From contig CAVYCN010000003.1 in NCBI GenBank assembly GCA_963767005.1, positions 192,001-256,000 on the forward strand: 64,000 bases of DNA, read 5' to 3'. The stretch's first letter is position 1. Each line of letters begins with the position of its first letter. The notes under the pieces were generated by a model that saw only the letters and a list, made by a program, of their open reading frames with translations, had not been told where the DNA came from and did no database searches. The position numbers and the translations under genes were made by a program. Of the stretch, positions 51,942 through 61,131 are shown piece by piece. The DNA comes from an uncultured Actinomycetes bacterium (GTDB taxonomy: Bacteria; Actinomycetota; Thermoleophilia; UBA2241).

Positions 51942-53240
51942 CTACTCGAGCACGACGTCGAGGCCGTACTCGCCCGCCAGGCGGTCGACGGCGGCCGCGG
52001 CGCGCATGCGCGCCTCGGCCGCCGTCTCGCCTCTCGTCATGATCACGGCGACCCAGCCGCCTGCCCGGCTGCGGGCGCGCGCCTCGCGCGCCTCGCCGAG
52101 GTCGACCACCTTGGCCCCGAGCGCGCGTTCGACCGGCCCGTCGGTCAGCACCACGTCGGCGCCCCACAGGCCCTCGCAGCGACGCAGGGGACCGGCCGCC
52201 CCGACCACGTGCTCGCCCAGCACCTGCACCCGCCCGTCGGCGACGAGCACGTGCTCGTAGACGGCGCCGCGCCGGGCGGCGGTCGCGGCCGGTCCGGCGG
52301 CCAGATCGGCCGGCACGGCGCCGCTCGCGAACGTCTCGGCCAGGACCTGGACGATGTTGACGTCGCTCGCGTGGTAGGCGCAGGCCGGCGTCTGGCTGGG
52401 CAGCCGCGCGTCGATCTCGAGCACCTTGGGCACGCCGGCGTGCCCCATCATGACCTCGACATCCATCACGCCGCCCAGCCCGGCGGCGGCGCCCGCGCCG
52501 GTGCGACCGACGCCGGCCGCGAGGCGCCGGCTCACCTCGTCGAGCGCGGCCAGCGCCCCGTCGTCGATCAGGTCGGAGCCACCGCCCTGCGCGGCGGGGT
52601 CCTTCGCCGCCTGCGCGACCGGGGCGACGACGCGTTTGCAGTCCCAGCCCGCGTCGAACTCGAGCCAGGTGGGCGCCAGCGTGACCGTCGCGCCACCGTA
52701 CGAGACCATGTCGACCGAGAGCGAAGGCCCGGGCACGTACTCCTCGATGACGGCGTCGGCGCCGCTTGCGGCCAGACGGGCGCGCGCGAGCGCGAGCTCG
52801 GTATCCGACCAGACGAGCTCGACCTGCACGCTGCCGCTCCCCACGCTCGGCTTGACGATCACGGGAAAGCCGCAGGGCCAGGGCGCCGGGCGGGGCACGT
52901 CGAGCCGCGCGAACAGCTCGTTCGAGCGCAGCTTGGACTGGGTCACCGCGTAGGCGTCGGGGTCGAAGAGCAGCGGCACGCCCAGCCCTGGCACGAACGA
53001 GGCGAGAAAGGCGAGCGTGCGCTCGTCCTCGCAGGCCGGCAGCACGGCGTCGCACGACAGGAGCACCTCGCGAGTGCGGGCCGGGTCGACGGCGACGTCG
53101 AACACGTGGCTCTCGGCGGCCAGGCCGGCCGCCGGCCGCCCCGGGCGCCGGTCGACCAGCACGACGTCGTAACCGGCCTCGCCGGCCAGGTACGCCGCCT
53201 CGGTGCCCTGCAGCTTGCCGCCGACGACCGCGAGCCTCAT
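51942..53240 (-). CDS. pylC: 3-methylornithine--L-lysine ligase (ATP-grasp)
   Basis: VVGGKLQGTEAAYLA, SKLRS, VKPSVGSGS, DCKRV, MDVE, EIDARLPSQTP; ATGA overlap with pylB; TAG stop. Confidence 0.94.
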   Translation of the reverse strand: MRLAVVGGKLQGTEAAYLAGEAGYDVVLVDRRPGRPAAGLAAESHVFDVAVDPARTREVLLSCDAVLPACEDERTLAFLASFVPGLGVPLLFDPDAYAVTQSKLRSNELFARLDVPRPAPWPCGFPVIVKPSVGSGSVQVELVWSDTELALARARLAASGADAVIEEYVPGPSLSVDMVSYGGATVTLAPTWLEFDAGWDCKRVVAPVAQAAKDPAAQGGGSDLIDDGALAALDEVSRRLAAGVGRTGAGAAAGLGGVMDVEVMMGHAGVPKVLEIDARLPSQTPACAYHASDVNIVQVLAETFASGAVPADLAAGPAATAARRGAVYEHVLVADGRVQVLGEHVVGAAGPLRRCEGLWGADVVLTDGPVERALGAKVVDLGEAREARARSRAGGWVAVIMTRGETAAEARMRAAAAVDRLAGEYGLDVVLE

Positions 53241-54370
53241 GCGGGGCGCTCGGCGGCCGCCACCCCGTCGCCGCCCGCGGCGATCGCGGCCGCCGCCCGG
53301 CGGCCGCGCGCGGCCGCCACCCAGGCGGCGTACTCGGCCGCGCTCGCGACCCGCAAGCCTGACTTGGCCAGCCGTTCCACGACGACGGGCGCGGTGCGCA
53401 AGCCGGCGTCGATGTCGAGCTCGGACTGCGAGACGCCGGCGAGACCGGTGTGGGGCGGCACGAGCGACGTGACGACGTTCGCGCCGGCGGCGATGCGCGA
53501 CTCGAGGCCGGCGATGCCGTCGACGTCGAGCGACGCGGGGATCAACCGGTCGGGCATGGCCAGGCGCATGGTGGCGATCGTGACGAGCTCGCCGAGCCGT
53601 CCGGCCGGTCGCAGGTCGGCGAGCGGGGTGCCGCGCTGCGGCACGAAGGTCATGACGCGCACCTGGTCGAGCGGCTCGGCCCGCATGGCGGTCACCGTCA
53701 TGGCGCGCTCGGCCACCGTCTCGCCGACGCCGAGCAGCATGCCGTCCTCGACCAGCATGCCGCGCGCGGCGGCGTCGAGTCGCGCCTGGGCGCGCTCGTC
53801 GAAGTCCTGACCGACCCGCAGGCGGTCGTACAGCTCGCGGGCCTGCGTCTCCTGGTAGCAGGCGTACCACTCGGCGCCGGTCGCGGCCAGAGCGGCGAGG
53901 GCGCCGGGCCCGAGCACGCCCGGCGAGGCCATCACCGGCAGGCCGGTGGTGGCGCGCACCGCCGACACGAGCACGAGAAAGGCGTCGAACTCGCGGCCCT
54001 CGCGGTAGCGCGGGTCCTCGCCCATGGTGAGGTCGATCAGGTGGACGCCTGATCCGGCGAGGCCGACGCTGATCGCCACGACCTCGTCGAGCGACTTGCG
54101 GTACCGCGGCCCCGCGCGGTTGCTGCGACGGTACAGGCAGAACGTGCAGTCGTTGCGACAGTACGTCGAGAAGTAGACGAAGCCGTAGAGAAAGACGGCG
54201 TCGCCGAACCGCCGCCGGCGCAGCTCGCTCGCGGCGGCGAACAGGTCGGCCGCCGCGGCCTGGTCGTCGACCGCGAGCAGCGTGGCGATCTCGCTGTCCG
54301 ACGGCCCCTGCCCGGCGAGCGCCCGTTCCAGGATCGGAGCGATGGCGGCCGACGCCGCGTCGGGCCTCAT
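53237..54370 (-). CDS. pylB: 3-methylornithine synthase (radical SAM lysine mutase)
   Basis: YGFVYFSTYCRNDCTFC, HLIDLTMGED, CYQET, RVMTFVPQ.GTP, IPASLDVDG, GANVVTS. Confidence 0.96.
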   Translation of the reverse strand: MRPDAASAAIAPILERALAGQGPSDSEIATLLAVDDQAAAADLFAAASELRRRRFGDAVFLYGFVYFSTYCRNDCTFCLYRRSNRAGPRYRKSLDEVVAISVGLAGSGVHLIDLTMGEDPRYREGREFDAFLVLVSAVRATTGLPVMASPGVLGPGALAALAATGAEWYACYQETQARELYDRLRVGQDFDERAQARLDAAARGMLVEDGMLLGVGETVAERAMTVTAMRAEPLDQVRVMTFVPQRGTPLADLRPAGRLGELVTIATMRLAMPDRLIPASLDVDGIAGLESRIAAGANVVTSLVPPHTGLAGVSQSELDIDAGLRTAPVVVERLAKSGLRVASAAEYAAWVAAARGRRAAAAIAAGGDGVAAAERPA

Positions 54371-54441
54371 CGGGCCGGTCCGCGGGCCGCTGCCGCAACG
54401 GACGCAGGAAGGTCGTGAGACGGGGCGCGGCGAATCATCAC
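54367..54441 (-). CDS. Putative 24-aa leaderless upstream ORF coupled to pylB
   Basis: GTG 6 nt after a TGGTACCAT -10; its TGA overlaps the pylB ATG (ATGA). Confidence 0.4.
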   Translation of the reverse strand: MMIRRAPSHDLPASVAAAARGPAR

Positions 54442-54447
54442 GATCAC

Positions 54448-54456
54448 ATGGTACCA
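54448..54456 (-). promoter_or_regulatory. Extended -10 promoter of pylBCD(T)
   Basis: TGGTACCAT on the minus strand. Confidence 0.55.
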
Positions 54457-54742
54457 GAGCCCGCGAGGAGCCCGATGTGAGGAAATGGGACGACACCCCG
54501 TGGCCGCCGCCGCGCGCCGGCCAGGCCGCGCGGACCGGCGAGGCGCGGCCCGACTCCGGCGAGCGCGACGCGAAGCCGGTCCGGCTGCTGCCGTTCCGCC
54601 TGCGCTCGCTGAAGAGTAGATCGCGGACCGGCGTGCCCGAGCGACCGCGCGGCGCCTGACGGCGACCGGCGGTCCTTGCCGCCCCACGACGACCGGCGGC
54701 TCGTGACCCGACGCGCCGCCGCCGCTTGGGCGACCCCGCGAG

Positions 54743-55033
54743 TCAGTCGTGGTCGGGCGCCTCGGGCAGGTTGCGGATGTTCTCGCCGGCCTGCCACTTG
54801 CCGAAGTTGTCGTTCATCGCGTCGATGAGCTCCTTCATGAAGCGCGCCGACATGTTGATGCGCGCGACGACGACACCGTTCACCTCTTCCTCGGTCTCGT
54901 TCTCGTGGTCGAGCCGCATGAAGGTGAGCGAGAACTCGTAGTCCGAGTGGCTCACGTTGGCGAAGTTGGCGTAGACGCCGGCCATCATCTCGGGCGTGGC
55001 GTGAATGTTGAAGCGACGTTCGTCGTCTTGCAT
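54743..55033 (-). CDS. DUF3467 family small protein
   Basis: GVYANFANVSHS..EF.L.F, VVARI; SD AAAGGAGG. Confidence 0.8.
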   Translation of the reverse strand: MQDDERRFNIHATPEMMAGVYANFANVSHSDYEFSLTFMRLDHENETEEEVNGVVVARINMSARFMKELIDAMNDNFGKWQAGENIRNLPEAPDHD

Positions 55034-55055
55034 GGTTGCTGCGGCCTCCTTTGCT

Positions 55056-56072
55056 TTACGCGACGGTGTCCCGCTGCAGGCGTGCGGCCACGGCGGCGCT
55101 GAACTCGCGGGTGCCGGCGGTGCCGCCGAGATCGCGGGTGAGGTGGCTGCCCTCGGCGAGCACCGCGGCCACGGCGCCGGACAGCCGGTCGGCGGCCGCA
55201 TCCTCGCCCAGGTGAGCCAGCATGAGCGCGCCCGACAGCAGGAAGGCCGTCGGATTGACGATGTCCCGCCCGGCGATGTCGGGGCCGCTGCCGTGCACCG
55301 CCTCGAACACGGCGCACTCGGGCCCGATGTTGGCGCCCGGCGCCATGCCGGGGCCGCCGATCAGGCCGGCGCAGAGATCGCTCACGATGTCGCCGTACAG
55401 GTTCGGGCAGACGAGCACGTCGAAGCGCTCGGGCGCCATGACGAGCTGCTGGCAGAGATTGTCGACGATGCAGTCGTCGAGCTCGATGTCGGGGTAGCCG
55501 GCGGCGACCTCGCGGACGCAGCGCAGGAACAGGCCGTCGGTCAGCTTCATGATGTTGGCCTTGTGCACCGCCGTCACCCGGCGGCGACCGCGGGCGCGGG
55601 CGTAGTCGAAGGCAAAGCGCGCGATGCGCTCGCTCGCCGCTCGCGTGATCACCTTGATCGACTCGGCCTCATCGGCACTCACCTGGCGCTCGATGCCGGC
55701 GTAGAGGTCCTCGGTGTTCTCGCGCACGACCACGAGGTCGACGCCCGTGAAGCGGCTGGGCACGCCGGGCAGCGAGCGCACCGGCCGCAGGCACGCGTAC
55801 AGGTCGAGCTCCTTGCGCAGCGCCACGTTGACCGAGCGAAAGCCGCTGCCGACCGGCGTGGTGACCGGGCCCTTGATCGCCACTTTGGTCTCGCGCACCG
55901 ACTCGAGGACGTCGTCGGGCAGCGGCACGCCGGCCCGCTCGATGACTGCGGCACCGGCGTCGCGACGCTGCCAGGCGATCTCGACGCCGCTGGCCGCGAC
56001 GACCGTCTCGAGGGCGGCGGCGAGCTCGGGCCCGGTGCCGTCGCCGGGGATCAGCGTGACGGTGTGCGGCAC
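55056..56072 (-). CDS. Isocitrate/homoisocitrate/isopropylmalate dehydrogenase family
   Basis: IPGDGTGPE, SVNVALR, RENTEDLY, HKANI, NLYGDIVSD, EAVHGS. Confidence 0.9.
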   Translation of the reverse strand: MPHTVTLIPGDGTGPELAAALETVVAASGVEIAWQRRDAGAAVIERAGVPLPDDVLESVRETKVAIKGPVTTPVGSGFRSVNVALRKELDLYACLRPVRSLPGVPSRFTGVDLVVVRENTEDLYAGIERQVSADEAESIKVITRAASERIARFAFDYARARGRRRVTAVHKANIMKLTDGLFLRCVREVAAGYPDIELDDCIVDNLCQQLVMAPERFDVLVCPNLYGDIVSDLCAGLIGGPGMAPGANIGPECAVFEAVHGSGPDIAGRDIVNPTAFLLSGALMLAHLGEDAAADRLSGAVAAVLAEGSHLTRDLGGTAGTREFSAAVAARLQRDTVA

Positions 56073-56077
56073 GGGCC

Positions 56078-56608
56078 CTACCCCTCGGGCAGGTGGAACT
56101 CGCCGTAGCGGCGGAAGTGCTCGACGAGGCCGCCGTCGGAGAGGATCTTGAGCATGACCGGCGGCAGCGGCGCGAAGGGCAGGACGAGGCCCCTGGTCAG
56201 GTCGCGCACCTCGCCGACCTCGAGGTCGACCTCGAGGTCGTCCCACTGCTCGACGGCGCTCGTGTCGCAGGTGAGCGCCGGCAGGCCGACGTTGATCGCG
56301 TTGCGAAAGAAGATGCGGGCGAAGGACTGGGCGAGGACCGCGCCGGCGCCGGCCAGCCTGATGATGCGCGGCGCATGCTCGCGGCTCGAGCCCAGGCCGA
56401 AGTTGCGCCCGCCGACCACGAAGTCGCCCGGCTTGATGCGCTTGGCGAACTCGGGGTTCTCGTCCTCGAGCACGTGCTTGGCGAGCTCGGGCAGGTCGGT
56501 GCGCAGGTGAAACAGGCGACCGGGCGCGATCTGGTCGGTCGAGATGTCGTCGCCGAACGTCCAGGCGCGGCCGCGCAGGACCCCGGGGCTGCCGCTCGGC
56601 GCGGTCAT
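56078..56608 (-). CDS. LeuD/HacB-type dehydratase small subunit
   Basis: [27 protein letters not shown]; TAG stop. Confidence 0.9.
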   Translation of the reverse strand: MTAPSGSPGVLRGRAWTFGDDISTDQIAPGRLFHLRTDLPELAKHVLEDENPEFAKRIKPGDFVVGGRNFGLGSSREHAPRIIRLAGAGAVLAQSFARIFFRNAINVGLPALTCDTSAVEQWDDLEVDLEVGEVRDLTRGLVLPFAPLPPVMLKILSDGGLVEHFRRYGEFHLPEG

Positions 56609-56611
56609 CGG

Positions 56612-57127
56612 TCAGGCGTCGCTTTCGGCGATCGTCACGCTGTTCATGGCAAGGCCGGGCTCGCGCGCCGTCATCGGGTCGCGCGGCGGGATCGCGAGCA
56701 CGACGTCCATGCCCGACACGACCCGCCCGAACACGGCGTGCTTGCCGTCGAGGTGGGGCGTCGCGCGGTGCGTGATGAAGAACTGCGAGCCGTTCGTGTT
56801 CGGCCCGGCGTTGGCCATCGACAGCACGCCGGGCCCGTCGTGCACGAGGCCCGGGCCGAACTCGTCGGCGAAGCGGTAGCCGGGACCGCCGCGGCCGGTG
56901 CCGGTTGGGTCGCCGGTCTGCGCCATGAAATCAGGGATGACGCGGTGGAACGTGACGCCGTCGTAGTAGCCGTCACGGGCCAGGAACACGAAGTTGTTGA
57001 CGGTGGCCGGCGCCTTGTCGGCGTAGAGCTCGACGACGATGTCGCCGCGGTCGGTCGCGATCGTGGCCTTGTAGGCGTGGGTCGGGTCGATGCCCATGGC
57101 CGGCGGGGCGTCGTACTGCTTAGCCAT
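56612..57127 (-). CDS. Cyclophilin-type peptidyl-prolyl isomerase
   Basis: FHRVI, QTGDP, LSMANAG, NGSQFFI, HAVFG. Confidence 0.94.
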   Translation of the reverse strand: MAKQYDAPPAMGIDPTHAYKATIATDRGDIVVELYADKAPATVNNFVFLARDGYYDGVTFHRVIPDFMAQTGDPTGTGRGGPGYRFADEFGPGLVHDGPGVLSMANAGPNTNGSQFFITHRATPHLDGKHAVFGRVVSGMDVVLAIPPRDPMTAREPGLAMNSVTIAESDA

Positions 57128-58427
57128 CGTGGTCTCCTTCGGTCGGGTGCTCGCCGCCCGCCGGCGCGCCGGCGGCGAGCAGCTCGCGCGGGTCGACGAT
57201 CTCGCCGGCGACGGCCGCCGCGGCCGCCGTGAGCGGCGAGGCGAGGTAGATGGCGCCCTGGGGGTTGCCCATGCGCCCCTTGAAGTTGCGGTTGGCGGTG
57301 CTCACGCAGACCTCGCCGTCGGCGAGGATGCCCTGGTGCACGCCGACGCAGGCGCCGCAGCCCGGGTTGGTGACGACCGCGCCGGCGTCGGCGAAGGCCT
57401 GCAGGAGCCCCTCGTCGACGGCCGCGCGCCACACCGCCTGCGAGGCCGGCGTGACGATCAGGCGCGTGCGCGCCGCCCGCCGCCGGCCGCGCAGCAGACG
57501 CGCGGCGGCGCGCAGGTCGTCGAGGCGGCCATTCGTGCAGGTGCCGATCAGCACCTGGTCGACCCGAGTGCCGGCGAGCTCGCTCGCCGGGTGCACGTTG
57601 TCGACCGTGTGGGGCGCGGCCAGCACCGGCACGATCTCGTCGGCGATGAACGACAGGCTGCGCTCGTAGACGGCGTCGGCATCGGGCTCGACCGCGCGCC
57701 AGTCGGCCGCCCGCCCCCGGTCGGCGAGGAACGACCTGGTGACGCCGTCGCTCGCCACGAGGCCGGCCTTGGCGCCGGCCTCGACCGCCATGTTGCTCAG
57801 GGTCAGGCGCTCGTGCATGGGCAGCGCGTCGATCGCGGGCCCGCCGAACTCGAGCGCCTTGTAGGTGGCGCCGTCGGCGCCCAGGCGGCCGATGAGCGTG
57901 AGGACGAGGTCCTTGGCGCTGACCCCGTCGGCGAAGCGCCCGCCGACCTCGACGCGGAAGGTCTCCGGCACGCGCAGCCAGGTCTGGCCGGTCGCCATGC
58001 CGATCGCCACGTCGGTCGAGCCCATGCCGGTGGCGAAGGCGCCCAGGGCGCCGGCCGTGCAGGTGTGCGAGTCGGCGCCGATCACGAGGTCGCCGGGCCG
58101 TGCGTAGCTTTCGGCGACGCGCTGGTGGCAGACGCCCATCTCGACGTCGGACAGGGTCGCGCCCGTCTCGGCGCAGAAGCAGCGCACGATCTCGTGGGCG
58201 TTGGCGAGCTCGACGCGCGGCGCCGGCGCCGCGTGGTCGATGAAGAACACGGCGCGCGGCACGGTGACGCGCACGCGGCCAAGCTCGCGGAGCTGCTGGA
58301 TGGCGAGCGGCCCGGTGCCGTCCTGAGCGATCGCCAGGTCGACCATGGCGACCACGATCTGACCGGCCTGGACCGAGTCGAGCGCCGTGTGGGCGGCGAT
58401 GACCTTCTCGGCGATGGTGGCGGGCAC
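57120..58427 (-). CDS. LeuC/HacA-type dehydratase large subunit
   Basis: [35 protein letters not shown]. Confidence 0.92.
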   Translation of the reverse strand: MPATIAEKVIAAHTALDSVQAGQIVVAMVDLAIAQDGTGPLAIQQLRELGRVRVTVPRAVFFIDHAAPAPRVELANAHEIVRCFCAETGATLSDVEMGVCHQRVAESYARPGDLVIGADSHTCTAGALGAFATGMGSTDVAIGMATGQTWLRVPETFRVEVGGRFADGVSAKDLVLTLIGRLGADGATYKALEFGGPAIDALPMHERLTLSNMAVEAGAKAGLVASDGVTRSFLADRGRAADWRAVEPDADAVYERSLSFIADEIVPVLAAPHTVDNVHPASELAGTRVDQVLIGTCTNGRLDDLRAAARLLRGRRRAARTRLIVTPASQAVWRAAVDEGLLQAFADAGAVVTNPGCGACVGVHQGILADGEVCVSTANRNFKGRMGNPQGAIYLASPLTAAAAAVAGEIVDPRELLAAGAPAGGEHPTEGDHDG

Positions 58428-58438
58428 CGCCCGACCGC

Positions 58439-59668
58439 CTACCCGTCGCCCTCGGCCGCTTGGGCGCCGGGCAGCGGCACGGCGTCGCCCAGGCGCCCGA
58501 CGTAGTCCTGGTAGATGTACATGATCTCCTTCGAGAACAGGGCGCGCTTGAGCTCGACCGCGGTCTGCCGCACCATCTTCAGGATCTCCTCGGCGTCGTG
58601 CTGGGACAGCTCGATGCCGAACTCCTGGAACTTGCGGTAGATCGTGCGCGAGCCCGAGTGCTTGCCGACCACGATCTGCCGTTCGAGCCCGACGTCCTCG
58701 GGCGAGTAGGCTTCGTAGTTGAGCGGGTTCTTGATGACGCCGTCGGCGTGGATGCCCGACTCGTGGGCGAACACGTTGGTGCCCACGATGCTCTTCCAGT
58801 CGGGGATCGTGCGGGCCGACGCCGCCGCCACGTACTCGCACAGCTCGCGGAAGCGCGACGTGTGCAGGCCCAGCTCGACGTGGCCGATGTACTTGAGCGC
58901 CATGACGACCTCTTCGAGGGCGGCGTTGCCGGCCCGCTCGCCGAGGCCGTTCACCGTCGTGTTGACGTAGGTCGCACCGGCCTTGATGCCGGCCAGGGCG
59001 TTGGCCGTGGCCATGCCGAAGTCGTCGTGGGTGTGCATCTCGATCTCGAGGCCCTGCAGGTGCAGGAACCGCACCACGTTGTAGGTGTCGAACGGGTCGA
59101 GGATGCCGAGCGTGTCGCAGAAGCGCAGGCGGTCGGCGCCCTCGTCCTTGGCGGCCTGGCCGAAGCGCAGCAGGAACTCGAGGTCGGCGCGGCTTGCGTC
59201 TTCGGCGTTCACCGACACGTAGACGCCGTGCTCCTTGGCGAAGGCCACGCAGGCGCGGATCTGGTCGAGCACCCACTGGCGCGACTTCTGCAGCTTGTGC
59301 TCGATGTGGATGTCGCTCGCCGACATCGAGATGGCGACGGCGTCGACACCGCAGTCGAGCGAGTGCTGGATGTCGGAGATCACGGCCCGGTTCCAGGCGA
59401 GGATCGAGGGCTTGAGACCGAGCTCGACGATCTGGCAGATGACCTGCTTCTCGTCGCCGAGCATGGCCGGGATGCCGACCTCGATCTGGTGCACGCCGAC
59501 CTCGTTCAGCAGGCGCGCGATGCGGATCTTCTCGTGGTTGGAGAACACGACGCCGGCGGTCTGCTCGCCGTCGCGCAGGGTGGTGTCGTCGATGCGCACC
59601 GACGGCCCCTCGGCCGGCTCTTCGCCGATGACGAAGGTCGACAGGTCGCCCGGGTGGAACTCGCTCAC
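58439..59668 (-). CDS. Homocitrate synthase family (NifV/AksA-like)
   Basis: DTTLRDGEQ, EDASRAD, HTHDDFGMATAN, GERAGNA, HESGIH; no LeuA regulatory domain; TAG stop. Confidence 0.85.
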   Translation of the reverse strand: MSEFHPGDLSTFVIGEEPAEGPSVRIDDTTLRDGEQTAGVVFSNHEKIRIARLLNEVGVHQIEVGIPAMLGDEKQVICQIVELGLKPSILAWNRAVISDIQHSLDCGVDAVAISMSASDIHIEHKLQKSRQWVLDQIRACVAFAKEHGVYVSVNAEDASRADLEFLLRFGQAAKDEGADRLRFCDTLGILDPFDTYNVVRFLHLQGLEIEMHTHDDFGMATANALAGIKAGATYVNTTVNGLGERAGNAALEEVVMALKYIGHVELGLHTSRFRELCEYVAAASARTIPDWKSIVGTNVFAHESGIHADGVIKNPLNYEAYSPEDVGLERQIVVGKHSGSRTIYRKFQEFGIELSQHDAEEILKMVRQTAVELKRALFSKEIMYIYQDYVGRLGDAVPLPGAQAAEGDG

Positions 59669-61131
59669 TGCGGCCCTCGCGGGGCGAGGGCCGCCCGCAC
59701 GAGCTCGTCGACCAGGCGCGGGTTGGCCTTGCCCTGGGTGCCCTTCATCACCTGGCCGACGAAGAAGCCGGCCACCTGCTCCTTGCCGGCCCGGTACTGC
59801 TCGACCTGGGCCGGCCATGCGGCGAGCACCTCGGCCACGATGGCGCGCAGGGCGTCCTCGTCGGACACCTGGCCGAGGTCGTGCCGCTCGACCACGTCGC
59901 GCGGCTCGGCGCGCTCGTCGACCATGAGGGCGAAGGCCTGCTTGGCGGCCGTGCCCGACACGGTGCCGTCGGCCACCAGGCGCAGCAGCGCCGCGAGGCG
60001 CTCGGCCGTGACGTGGCCGTGGCCCGGCTCGAGGCCCGTGGCGTTCAGGTGAGCCGCGTACTCGCCCATCGTCCAGTTGGCCGCCGGCTTGGGCTCGATG
60101 CCGGCCGCGACGAGGTCCTCGTAGAACCGCGCGAGGGCGCCGCCGCCGCCCAGCACCGCGGCGTCGTAGCGGGAGAGGCCGTACTGGCTCGTGAACCGCT
60201 CGACGCGGGCGGCCGGCAACTCGGGCAGGTCGCGCCGCACCCGCTCGACCCAGGCCGGGTCGGCGAGCAACGGCACCAGGTCGGGCTCGGGGAAGTAGCG
60301 GTAGTCGTGCGCCTCTTCCTTGGAGCGCAGCGGCGTGGTCGAGCCGGTATCGGGGTCGAAGTGCAGCGTCTCCTGCTCGATCGTGCCGCCGGCTTCGAGC
60401 ACCGCGATCTGGCGCGGCAGCTCGGACTCGAGCGCCTGCTGCAGGAACTTGAAGCTGTTCATGTTCTTGAGCTCGGTGCGCGTGCCGAGGGTGTCGCTGC
60501 CCACCGGGCGGACGCTGATGTTGGCGTCCCAGCGGATCTGGCCCTCCTCCATGTTGCACTCGCTCACGCCCAGGCCGACCACCAGGTCGCGGAGCTGGTG
60601 CAGGAATTCGCGGGCCGCTTCGGGCGAGGGGATGTCGGGCTCGGAGACGATCTCGATGAGCGGCGTCCCGCCGCGGTTGAAGTCGACCATCGAGGAGTCG
60701 GAGCCGGCGATGCGCCCGGCCTCGCCGCCGGCGTGCACGAGCTTGGCGGCGTCTTCTTCCATGTGGACCCGGTTGATGCGGCACACGAGCTGCCGGTCGC
60801 CGACCCAGTACGCGAAGCTGCCGGCGACGGCCAGAGGCTCGTCGTACTGCGAGATCTGGTAGGCCTTGGGCAGGTCGGGATAGAAGTAGTTCTTGCGGTG
60901 GAACACGCTGCGTGGCCGGATCGTGCAGCCCAGGGCGAGGGCGATGCGTGCGGCGTACTCGACGGCGCGCTCGTTGACCACGGGCAGCGCGCCGGGGTGC
61001 GCGAGGCAGACCGGGCAGGTGTGCGTGTTGGGCGGCTCGCCCTTGGTGACGGCGCAGCCGCAGAACATCTTCGTGGCGGTGTCGAGCTCGACGTGGACCT
61101 CGAGGCCGATGACCGGTTCCCAGGCGCTCAT
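59665..61131 (-). CDS. gatB: Asp/Glu-tRNA amidotransferase subunit B
   Basis: IGLEVH, RKNYFYPD, DFNR, DYRYFPEPD. Confidence 0.97.
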   Translation of the reverse strand: MSAWEPVIGLEVHVELDTATKMFCGCAVTKGEPPNTHTCPVCLAHPGALPVVNERAVEYAARIALALGCTIRPRSVFHRKNYFYPDLPKAYQISQYDEPLAVAGSFAYWVGDRQLVCRINRVHMEEDAAKLVHAGGEAGRIAGSDSSMVDFNRGGTPLIEIVSEPDIPSPEAAREFLHQLRDLVVGLGVSECNMEEGQIRWDANISVRPVGSDTLGTRTELKNMNSFKFLQQALESELPRQIAVLEAGGTIEQETLHFDPDTGSTTPLRSKEEAHDYRYFPEPDLVPLLADPAWVERVRRDLPELPAARVERFTSQYGLSRYDAAVLGGGGALARFYEDLVAAGIEPKPAANWTMGEYAAHLNATGLEPGHGHVTAERLAALLRLVADGTVSGTAAKQAFALMVDERAEPRDVVERHDLGQVSDEDALRAIVAEVLAAWPAQVEQYRAGKEQVAGFFVGQVMKGTQGKANPRLVDELVRAALAPRGPQ

